Positions 37,901 through 49,755 of a DNA stretch of 64,000 nt are shown here, in pieces. This DNA comes from Lingula anatina. Lineage: Eukaryota; Animalia; Brachiopoda. Position numbers and translations under genes: made by a program. The stretch lies in contig CM120640.1 of assembly GCA_051362555.1 (NCBI GenBank), positions 31,453,967 to 31,517,966 of the forward strand, read 5' to 3'. Below the pieces are notes generated by a model that made no database searches, was not told where the DNA came from, and saw only the letters and a list, made by a program, of their open reading frames with translations. The number at the start of each line of letters is the position of its first letter. The first letter of the stretch is position 1.

Positions 37901-40900
37901 ATAGCTCTACAATTAAAGTTCAGCTCAAAAGAAATGTGAAATTTAAAAATTATGCATATGCTCAGAATGTAAGACCTAACAAAGTACTTGAAGCTGCAGC
38001 TTGGTTAACTGCAAATGGAAAATTATATCAAGAAAAGGGAATAACTGTAGACACAACATGGAAATTAGAAGAAAATCCCTGTAGATCTGACACATTTGAA
38101 CAAACAAAAAAAGAGCATACAACTATTTATAACTTGCGTGAGGAACAAATACAAAACTTACTGAAAGAATATGTTTGTGTTGAATGCCCTGCTAGTTGTA
38201 AAAACATTCAATTTTCTGAAGAAGGGCATCTTATGGATCAGGATGGTGATTTTGCAGATGAATTCTATGTCATTTTAGACAAGCCTTATAAATATGATCC
38301 ATCTGTTGATGTTGACAAATTTGTGGCTACTATTCAGAGTGAAAGAAAAGGTGCTGGTTTTTCAAAACAACCACACATTTTTGGTGTACCTGCATTCAAA
38401 TCACAAGAGAGAGGCAGATCAAGATATCGCAAGAAGATAAATACAATCAGAGCTTCTAGTAGAGAACGAATTGAAAAACTCATTGCTTATAAGCGCCACC
38501 ATATTCTAAGAAAATATAAGCATTTGAAACTGAGTTATTATGGCTTGTTTAAAAGAAAAAAACAAGGAAGAACATGGTACTCAAGATACTTCAGAACTGT
38601 AAAAAAAATTCGACACAGAGTAAGAAATGTTTCACACTTGCAAAAGAAGTTATCATACTTACAGCAAAGACATATATTACCTACATATTGTGAATCTGAA
38701 AATGAGGTACAACACATACGGACTGACAATACTTCATTCCATTTTATGCCTGTAGATGCCCTCTGGCAAGAGAAAATAACCAAGAAACTAAACTTACCAT
38801 TAAAGCGTCCACACAATTGGCCTGAAACTGGTAGTGATATTCTCTTGACAAATCCTAGGCAGTTGAAGAAAGTTATTGGAGATGGTAATTGTTTTTTTCG
38901 AAGTTTGTCTTTTACCATCACTGGTTCTGACATGTTGTATGATAATAATCACATTATACTTAGAAACAAAATCGTCAGTCATATGAAGCAGCTTGAGTAT
39001 GCTTTTGCAAGTAGTATGTTAGGCGATAATGACAGCACCTCAGCAAATTATATTAGACGAACCCGCATGGATAGTGTAAATGTTTGGGGTACTGAAACAA
39101 ATACTTGCTGCAGCACATCTGCTACAAACGGACATCTATGTCTACTGCAAGCCTGGTGACTCTTGGAAATGGTTAAAGTATTCTGCTAACTTTCTTGACC
39201 AGAACAATCATTCACACGAGACAGCTATTTACCTACAAAATACAAACTCTGATCACTATGATATCGTGCAGAGTGTATGCGACTCATCATTGTCTGCTGA
39301 TAGCATATACAAGAACTTGCTGCAAACAAAGCAGGTAACACGAGCTAAATCAGATATAAGTAAATACTTACAGGAAAATGATACTACAGATTGGGACGAA
39401 ATTGATGAGGAAGAAATGAAACCTGGTATAAGAGATACAATGTTAACAGGTAGAGACTTCTTAGAAGACACAGAGAGAGAGAAAATTTATTCTTTTGCAC
39501 CTGGCCAAGAAGGTCATCCACTCAGCATATTCAGAGATGAACACTGTGAGGAACTGGCTTTTCCTGAAATATTTCTTGGCAATGCAAGGCCTGCAAATCA
39601 AAACAGACTTGTCCCTGTACACTACAGTGACATTTGCAAGTCGGAATTAAGACGCAATGACAGAAGAGCAGCAATGTGTGTTGACAACATATTTTTTAAA
39701 GCAAAAAAACTACAGATGAAAAGATTGATTGGGTCAGCTTCTCTTGCTGTAAGAAAACATAAAACTAGTGGAAAGAAACTCACTGCAGGAGATTTGAAAC
39801 AGTCTGGAGCCATTGAGAAACTTTTACATTTTGATGAAGGTTATACATTCCTAAAAGGAGTACGTGGTTCCCCCCCATATTTTGAGAAAGCAAAAAAAGA
39901 TTTATTTGCAATGATACGTCAGCTAGGAGCAGCAACTTTTTTCTGCAGTTTTTCTTCTGCTGAAACAAAATGGAATCATTTACTTGGAACTCTTGGTCAA
40001 TTAGTAGATAATAGACATTACTCAGAATCACTTTTTGTGCCACAAAGTAGCACCATTAGGTAAAATACAAGATTTTTTTTACCGTGTAGAATTTCAACAC
40101 AGAGGTAGTCCACATATTCACATGCTGCTTTGGATAGAAAATGCACCTATTTATGGTGTCAATTCTAATGAAGACATCATACAATTTGTTGATAGCACAA
40201 TTTGCTGTAGCAAACCAAATGAAGATGATCCAATAAAAGAACTTGTATCTTATCAGACACACAAACATACAAGGACATGTATAAAGAATTTGAAAAAATC
40301 TTGCAGATTCCATTTTCCACAGCCTCCGATGAAAAAAAGTATTATTCTGAAACCCCTTGAAGATACTTCACAGAAGAAAGAATATGCACAAGTTTGGACA
40401 AAGATTCATAATATTATAAATGACAAAAATTTTACATGTGTTAGTCTAACATTTGAAGAATTTTTAAATAAAGTACAAGTCTCAGAAGAAGATTACATTT
40501 TGGCAGTGAGATCTACAATCAAAACTGATACTTTGTTCTTAAAAAGACTGCCCTGTGAAATTTGGATAAACAATTATTCCAGGTCATGTTTACAAGCATG
40601 GAGAGCAAATATGGATATTCAGTTTGTTTTAGACATCTATGCTTGTGCAACATATATTGTAAATTACATTTCTAAAGGACAAAGAGGCATGTCAGATTTA
40701 CTTTATCAAGCTTGCAAAGAAGCTAGAGAAGGTAACAGTGACATAAAACAGCAAGTCCGTCACATTCACCCTGAGCTTCAGAGCTAACTTGACACTAACC
40801 TTTTCACTGTAGCCTATTCTCCATCGTGTCAAGTAACCTCTGACGAAAATAGTTTGACCTAGTTTATATAAGCCAATCAAATCCATGTTTCAAAATTTTT

Positions 40901-43900
40901 CACCAAAGTTTGGTGAAAACGCTGATTGGTTGACCGTCAATCGGCAATCCTCGGCTGATTCCGCAAGCTCCATACTAACAACATACTTATTGTCGAGTGC
41001 GGAGACATCCGAGTAGTTCCGAGTGTATTACCGTACACAAAGAAAGCAAGGCGAGTGACTACGAAAAAGAATGTGTTAAGTTATCTCTTGATTCTTTGCA
41101 AAATATGAGTAAATCGGAATTGAAACCATAGGGTCTAGCAGTTTGAGGCCCTGCATCATTATCTACTGAGAGACGATGTTATTTGCGTGCTGCCCACAGG
41201 TTACGGCAAGTCCCTGATATTCAGCCTTTTCTTTGATTGGTCCGGATTTGAACAAAGCGCGCTTTGACTCGTTCGCGTTCATTGGCTAGATCGTTTAATG
41301 AGTCATTGAGTGCGGGCTTTTAAATTTGATTGGCGGGCGGCGGAGGCAATCGAATCTGGTCAGAGGTTACTTGACACGATGAAGATAGGCTACAGTGAAG
41401 AGGTTAGTGTCAAGTTAGCTCTGAAGCTCAGGGTGGTCACATTGGAAACAAATTTCTTAATAATGTTGAAATTTCTGCTCAAGAAGCTTCCTACATCACT
41501 TTACAGTTACCCATGAGAAGAGCTTCTCGATCATTTGTATTCATTAACACTACACCCCCTGAAGACAGAGTACGATTACTTAAGCCACTGGAAGAAATAA
41601 AAGAATTAGAAGATGAATCTGACAATATTGAGTCCAGCAATCTTTTGAAACGTTATAGCAGGCGCTTACCTTCCTTGGACAATATTTCCCTTGCAGATTT
41701 TGCTGCATATTATGACAACAATTTGAACATTATTGGCGGAAGCAAAAAAAGATCTTCTAGATTATTAGATACAGATGGTATGCCATTGGAAAAGCATGAC
41801 CTTGAAAATTTTGAGGATGATATTCATGATATTCCATGTGAAACAGACATTATTAAAAGAAAAAAAGCAAAAATTATTCGCAGTGTTTGGTTCAGTGAGA
41901 GTTTATATCCTGAAAAGCATTACCGTGAGCTATTGATGTTGTATATTCCATGGAGAAATGAAGAATCTGACATTTTGCAAAATTTTGAAAGTTATGAACA
42001 GAGATGTCAACATTTAGAAAATGAGATTAGGGAACAACAGAGAATGTATTCTCCAGCTAAAGATGAATTGCACAGAGCAATGGAAGATCTAAATAACATG
42101 GATAGTGAAGATGAAGATATGTGGGCCACTGTTGCACCAAATACTGAATGTCAAAATGAAGCTGATCAGTGTGAACCTAGTGATGTGGTACAATCTTCTG
42201 TTGGTCTGTCCTATGACTTAGCAGAAGATTTGGGTATACATGTATCTGCCAAAAGTTGCACTGAAGAAGAAATTGTTAATAAAGAAATACCTGATATCAG
42301 TTACTTTAAAATGATTAGAAACATGAACAGACAACAGTTAGAGTTTTTCCATCATGTTTTACATTTAATCAAATCCAATTCTGATCCATTTCACATATTC
42401 CTGTCTGGAGGTGCTGGTGTGGGGAAATCATTTGTCACTCGTGCTCTGTATCAAGGTATTTTAAAGTACTTGTCAAGTTTACCTGGTGAAGACTTCCGGA
42501 CAATTAGAGTTGCTTTGATTGCTCCTACAGGAAAAGCTGCGTATAATATTGGTGGCCACACAATTCACAGTTTACTGAAAATTCCTGCAAATCAGAGTCT
42601 CAAATATAAAAGACTCAGTGCTGATGTGTTAAACAGTTTCAGATACAAACTTGGATCACTTAAAGTTCTCTTTATTGATGAAGTTTCAATGGTTGGGAGT
42701 AAAATGTTAAGTTTCATCAATGAACGGTTAAAAGAACTAAAAAACAATGACAGATTGTTTGGAGGTGTTAGCATTGTGGCTATAGGTGACCTATTTCAAC
42801 TGAAGCCTGTGTTTGATAACTGGATATTTGAAAATCCAAACAATGACTATTATCCATTAGCTACTAATTTGTGGCAGAAACATTTTCACATGTATGAACT
42901 GACTGAGATTATGCGTCAGAAAGACAGTAAAGAGTTTGCAGAAATTTTAAATAGGCTTAGAGAAGGACATCACACAGACAAAGACATAAAAGTTCTAAGT
43001 GAACGTCAACTTGATCAATCAAAAACTAGCCAACAACCATTACTACATGTTTTCCAAACAAATTCTCTGGTAGAAAATTTCAATCATGCCAGTTATCAAA
43101 ATGCGAAAGGAGAAAAATTTCAAATTGCAGCCACTGATACTATCACTGGGCCTGTACCAAAACATTTAGAAAACAACATCAGAAAGCAAATTCCATTGGA
43201 TCATAAAAAAAACATGAATTTACGAAGGATTCTGCATATTGCAGTTGGGGAAAGAACTGAAGTTGTCCTAAATGTTGACACAGAAGATGGCATTACTAAT
43301 GGTGCACCAAATGTTGTGAAACTGGTAGATTTAGACAGACAATTAATTTGGGTACAATTTGATGCAGAGGACATTGGCAAAAATGTCAGAAGAATGAACA
43401 AACCATTATATAATAGCAAAATTTCAAAAACATGGACACCTATCTTTCCTGTTAAAAGACAATTTCACCTGGGAAAAACAGGACAGTATCAAGTTGTAAG
43501 AAAACAATTCCCACTGCAGTTGTCTGCTGCAAAAACTATACACAGATGTCAAGGTGACACATTGAAAGAATTAGTTGTAGATCTCAGCGGCAGAAAAAAT
43601 GAGCACATGCATTATGTTGCACTTAGTCGAGTAGAAAAATTAGAAGGGTTGCATATTTTGGAATTAAATGCCAGTAAAATATGCATTTCTGACAAAGTTA
43701 AACAAGAAATGAAACGTTTAAGGCAAGAAGCACAGCTTGTTAAATCAATATCATTTCTATTTGAACAACCAGATGACCACTTCAAAATAATCCATTGGAA
43801 TTGCTGTTCTCTTCACAAATACATTGATGATATCAGAGAGAATCTTGATGTAGCGAAAGCAGATGTATGTGCTTTCACTGAGACCAGATTTGCAATTAAA

Positions 43901-46900
43901 GACCTAAATACAAAATACCAGCTAAAAGATAAATATCTTCACAGAAATGATAGTACTCTTCATAGACAGCATGGTACTGCTATCTACAGTCACCATAGAT
44001 ATGCAGAGAATTTTCCAAAAAATTGCAATTTCTCTGGAATTGAGATTACTGTCATACGGTTGGATCAGTTTCCTGACTTAGTTGTCATCACAATTTACCG
44101 ACCTCCTCATGGTAAAATGCAGGTACTTCTTGAGGCTTTGAGAAATATTCTTGACACTATTGATAAGACAGACAAATGTGTTATTATAGGTGACTTTAAT
44201 GTCAACTGGCTCCATAAAAACAATGCAAATGCTCTCAGAAAAATGATGTGCCAAGACCTTATGTTTACACAACATGTCACAACTCCAACTACCAATTATG
44301 ACTCGGCCTTAGATCTCGTCTTCACAAACTTTAATCATACAGATCTTAAACTTATAGTTTTGCCCACTTATTTTGGTGATCACTTTCCAGTCTGTTTGTC
44401 TTTTCCCAAAAATTGTCTTTAAATTTATATTACAGATTATAAGACAGATTGTTTCCAAATTTCATTTAACCTATGTTCTTCCAACCACATATATAGCTAA
44501 ACACATGTGCAGAAGTTTCAGAGAATAACACTTCAAAAAAGAAAGAAAAAACATTAACAAAACCTTACGAATTTACCCCTTCTTTAAAAAGTTATTTACT
44601 TTTACCTATACATGTGGAAAAAATAATGTCACACCCATTTCTTCAACTTCATAATACTTGAAATTGACCAATGATATTTGTTTACCGAATTATTTATTTC
44701 TTTCAATTCTAAGTTACATGATTACTCATACATTTTCACACATTATTGTGCTCTTCTTTACTTTTATAAAATTTTACATATTATATTGTTAAATATATAT
44801 TTATATATAATATTTTACATAAATGACGAAAGCAAGAACATAATCATCATATTAAAGACAGTTATAGTTCAAGAAGAAATACCATCTTTCCCTTTTAACT
44901 TAAAACATGGCATAATAAAAAAGGAGATAGACTTGGCTGGTGTCCTTTGCCCCATACCTACCAAACCATATTCTTGTTTCACTATCATTTTAAGAAGTAC
45001 ATTTGTTTGGTAAAGAAACAGGTTGCTTTTTAAAATCAGCATGATCAGTTAACAATTTACAGCAGTCATTATTTTTATATCATTTTTTTTCCACACATTG
45101 ACATTTTCAGTGGCTTATATATCCCTTAAAACTGGATCACTTGCTACTTTGCCAGCTTTGCTGTCTAGTCAATTTCAGTGTACCAAACCCATTAAAAAAA
45201 AACCAACCAAATTGAGCAGTGACAAATCTTTATGAGATTAACATGTCATGTTACATATATTTCTTAATTTCAGAAAGGAAAATACCACCTACTTGGAGAA
45301 GATTAATGTTCACTTGTAACTTCTTTCCATGGGGTTTATGGAAACAAGACTGGGCTCAAGCATAGGATTTCTCTTCTTACTCATAGTATGAGGAAAGAAC
45401 AATAAATGTTATAATATAATTGACACTGTTGGAGATGTGTTATTTGTGAAGTTGAAATGTTCATTCTTCACACTGAAGAACACTCAGTATACTTGAACAA
45501 AAAACAATGTCATGTACAGTTTTGTACCTCTGATAGAGAAGACAATTTAGAGTAAATTATTCAAGTTTATTCATTTTGACTATTTAAATGTTGGTAGCAA
45601 AAAAATGTCAGAAAAAGATTTTTTAAGAAATCTGTATGGCTATTGAATGAGTTGAATTGTATTTTATGGAGCATAGCAAAACAGAGTTTCTCCTATCATT
45701 TCTTATTTTGTGAATACAGTTAGTTTTATAAAATTGAAAGTAAAAAAGATATGTAAAAAATATTTGTCTTAGAAATGAACAAAATGTTATTTTTCATGGC
45801 TAATATGTACCCCTGGTTTTGTTGCAGACATGCAGTTCTGGTCTAGCACATTCCATACTGGTCATATTTACAAATGCTCTGTATTCTAAGAGTCATTTAT
45901 TCATTATGTTCAAGCTGTACATTTTATACTTTATTGTTTTAATGCTGAATACCCCATGGCATAAATAACTAGCAGCACAAATTAATTACAGCTTTGGAAA
46001 TGACTAGCTCACGCTGCTAATTAATATCGCTACAGAGTAAACATACCGTGAACACTAGATACCACCAATGGATTTTTTAAATTTTGCATGTGAATACAGC
46101 CTAATAGTAATATATTAGCTTGTTATAATGTCATCTTTCTTTATTTTGGTATCTTAGAAAATAAATGCTCTAAAATGACCTCACCAATTAGTTATGTGAG
46201 TATTTATCTACAGCTAAATTGCCATCTTGCTTACCCTTATTCATTCTTAACAGATATATGACTACTATAAAGCTTTCAATTTTCAATTAGCAAAATGCCC
46301 AGGGTCTGTAATGCAGTTAGTACGACAGCCGAGTCTAAATAAAAAAATATATTATATATATATTATGGTAAACTTGTTATCGTGTATTGTGAAATAAATT
46401 TTCAAAAATTGAAATAAACTCATATCATTGCAGTTTGTCAGATTCAATCATTCACTATGTTCAGAATCTCAGAATGGAAGAAATTTGAATGATGTGAATT
46501 TTTCTTCAGTCAACAGCTAATATTGAGATAGGTTTTACCTCCATATTAGCTGTTGACTGAAGAAAAATTCACATCATTCTTAAAACTTAACACAGCTGAT
46601 GAAATTCTTCTGGGAAGAAATTGCACATTTAACACTGCTCTATTGATATTTTTCCTATCTCATTAATTTTTATAGTTGATTATATATAAATGGCAGTAAA
46701 CTGTGAATTTTGATATATGTTAAAAATTGTTAAAAATGGGGAAAAAACATTTCAGAACAGTGCTGTCTTGTTTACATTTTGTCATTTTCAAGTTGTGACT
46801 TTGAAGTTCCATGGGCCTGAAGACCTTTGCTAGTCACATTTTCTGAATATCCATGTTACTAAAGTTGATGGTCATTATGCTGTTAAACATTATGTAATCT

Positions 46901-49694
46901 TGCATCAAAATTTGAAAAAAAAACTATTTTAGGCACTGCTCCCATGATGACCATATAAGAAAAACCATGTCACTTACTGCTCTCAAACTTACAGGAAAGA
47001 AACATGGGACTAAAATACAGCTTCAGTAGGCAATGCAGTCTGTTAAGTAATTCTTTCTGCCAGTTAAACAGTTTTTTTGTGAAAATTTAATTTTTAACTT
47101 ATTGGCATTTTCAAGGTGTGACTTTGAAGTTCCTCGGGCTTGAAGACCCATGCTAGTCACACTTTCTGAAAATCCATGATATGTTTATTTTATTATTAAA
47201 AATTGATGGTCATTATGCTGTTAACCATTATGTAATATTCCATCAGAATAGAAGAAAATTCTGGGAGCTGCTGCCATGATGACCATTATGGGAAAACCAA
47301 GTTACTTAGGATTGCCAAAAAGAAATACAGGGCTAAAATGCTGCCTCAGTTGGAAAAGCAGTCTAATTGGCTTCTTTTTGTGAAAGTTATACATTTTCAA
47401 AGTGTAACTTGAACTCCCATGGGCCTGAAGCCTTATGCTTGTTACACATTTTACTTACATTGGTATTACCTGTTGAGCATAATAAAAATTTGATGTTGAA
47501 TTTGCAGTTTAACATAATGTACTTTTGCATCAGAATTGACAGTAGCCTATTTTGTGCAGTTATTTCCTGCTTTTTGTCTGTACATTTGACAGCTTTGCTG
47601 CCTTGTTTTCATTTTTCAGCATATATGCAACACTGTAAACACAATTTAAGAAAAACAGATAGGCCAATTGTCATTAAACTCACAGGAGTGGTCAATCTTA
47701 TTAAAATGCAGGTTGAGTTCGAAAATCAGCATAATCGGGGCATTTTTTTAGAAGTTATGCTGTTTTTTCACATTTCCTCCGATTCAACTCTTAGGCATGT
47801 TAACAATCTCATTATTGAACTAATAAGATATGTAAAAGTGTTTGTTTGACATTTCCTGCATCTTTACAACATTGTTACTTGATTATGTAAAAATGATGGT
47901 AAACTTGTTATCGTGTATTGTGTAATAAAGTGTCAAAAATGGAAATAAACTCATATCATTGCAGTAGTCAGATTTAATCATTCACTATGTTCAGAATCTC
48001 AGAATGGAGGAAATTAGACATTTAACACTATTCTATTGATATTTTCCCCATCTCATCAATTTTCTTAGTTGATCATATAAAAATTGCAGTAAACTGTTTA
48101 TTTTGTTTTATGTTAAAAAAAGTGTTAAAAATGGAAATAAACCCATGTCAGAACAGTGCTGTCTTGTTTCACATTTCCTCAGATTCAATTCTTAGGCATG
48201 TTAACAGTCTCATTATTTAACTAATAAGACATGTTAAAGTGTTTGGTTGACATTTCCTGTATCTTTACAACATTATTAGTTGATTATGTAAAACTGATGG
48301 TAAACTTGTTATCATGTATTGTGTAATAAAGTTTCAAAAAAGGAAATAAACTCATATCATTGCAGTTTGTCAGATGCAATCATTCACTATGTTTAGAATC
48401 TCAGAATGGAGGAAATTGGACATTTAACACTGTTGTATTTATATTTTTCCCATCTCATCAATTTTCTTAGTTGATCATATAAAAAATGGCAGTATCCTAT
48501 TAATTTTATGTTAAAAAAGTGTTAAAAATGGAAATAAACCCATTTCAGAACAGTGGAGTCTTGTTTACATTTTGGCATTTTTAAGGTGTGACTTTGAAGT
48601 TCCATGGGCCTGAAGACCTTTGCTAGTCACATTTTCTGAATATCCATGATACTAATATTTTATTATTAAAATTGATGGTCATTATGCTGTTGAACATTAT
48701 GTAATATTGCATCAAAATTTGAAAAAACCTATTTTGGGCACTGCTCCCATGATGACCATTTAAGAAAAACCATGTCACTTACTGTTCTCAAACAGTACAG
48801 TAAATATGTACAGATGTGTCTGTACATATTGCCATCACCTGTATCTGCCGTCGTCGCCGTCACTGTCGCCGGCGCTGGCGCCGTGCACTTTCATTGTAAA
48901 CATGATAAGTGGAAGGCAGTTTTACTTTTTGGCTGTATATTTACAGAGCTGATGAATATTCATAAAACGCAGGTCAAGTTCGAAAATCAGCATGATCGGG
49001 CCATTTTAAGGGAAGTTATGCTGTTTTTTTTTTAACTTTTCAGCATATATGCAACACTGAAAACACATTTCAAGGAAAACTGATAGGCCTGTTGTCATGA
49101 AACTCACAGGAGTAATCGATCTTATTATAACGCAGGTCAGGTTCGAAAATCGGCATGATCGGGCCACTGTTTAATTATTATTTTATTAGTTATGCTTTTT
49201 TCTTCACTTTTCAGCATATATGCAACACAGTAAATGCAATATAAGAAAAACAGATACGCCAATTGTCATGAAACTCACAGGAGTGGTCATTCCTGCTAAA
49301 ACGCAGGTTGAGTTCAAAAATCAGCTTAATCGGGCCATTATTTTAAAGAAATGCCGTTTTTTCACATTTCCTCAGATTCATTTCTTAGGCATGTTAACAG
49401 TTTCATTATTTAATTAATAAGATACGTAAAAGTGTTTGTTTGGCATTTCCTGCATCTTTACAACATTATTAGTTGATTATGTAAAAATGATGGTAAACTT
49501 GTTATCGTGTATTGTGTAATAAAGTTTCAAAAATGGAAATAAACTCATATCATTGCAGTTTGTCAGATTCAATCTAGTTATTTCTTGTTTTTTGTCTGTA
49601 CATTTGACAGCTTTGCTGCCTTGTTCTTCTTAAAATTAAGTCTGGGACACTGAAACTCAGCCAGCTGAGTTGTGTTTGACCAAAATCTTTAAGT

Positions 49695-49755
<61 letters not shown>

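Larger units (their letters stand above)
35614..44422 (+). pseudogene. Helentron polyprotein: repeats, Zn finger, OTU protease, HUH Rep, PIF1 helicase, APE/EEP endonuclease; disrupted
   Basis: Zn-finger CCIC...CLTC; OTU GDGNCFFRSLS/WGTET/HYD; Rep VEFQHRGSPHIHMLLW and YATYIVNY-like motif; helicase GGAGVGKS, IDEVSMV, GDLFQLKPV and QFPLQLSAAKTIHRCQG; EEP HWNCCSL, FTETR, IIGDFN and LDLVF...GDHFP. Lesions: frameshift ~39103, deletion/frameshift ~40030, insert 40767-41435. Confidence 0.93.
27951..47606 (+). mobile_element. ~19.7-kb Helentron (Helitron with endonuclease)
   Basis: The 5' end is identical to the HINE 5' end. The 3' end tttttgtctgtacatttgacagctttgctgccttgt has the subterminal inverted repeat plus a short hairpin. 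Inserted in a T-run without a TSD, and encloses the Rep/helicase/endonuclease gene. Confidence 0.8.
27555..48798 (+). mobile_element. Non-autonomous Helentron (HINE/DINE-1-like) copy, split by the autonomous-type element: parts 27555-27950 and 47607-48798
   Basis: Starts in a T-run with the hairpin tgtacagacacagatgtgtctgtaca, followed by a (GTCGCC)n-like microsatellite and ~160-bp tandem units. The unit broken at gttatgctgtttt resumes at 47607 with ttcatttttcagcatatatgc. Confidence 0.75.

Noticed and set aside
39100-40040. Programmed frameshifting in the Helentron gene
   Set aside because: The breaks fall inside conserved motifs (WGTET-EI lacks 2 nt; part of Rep appears deleted), which fits decay or assembly error.
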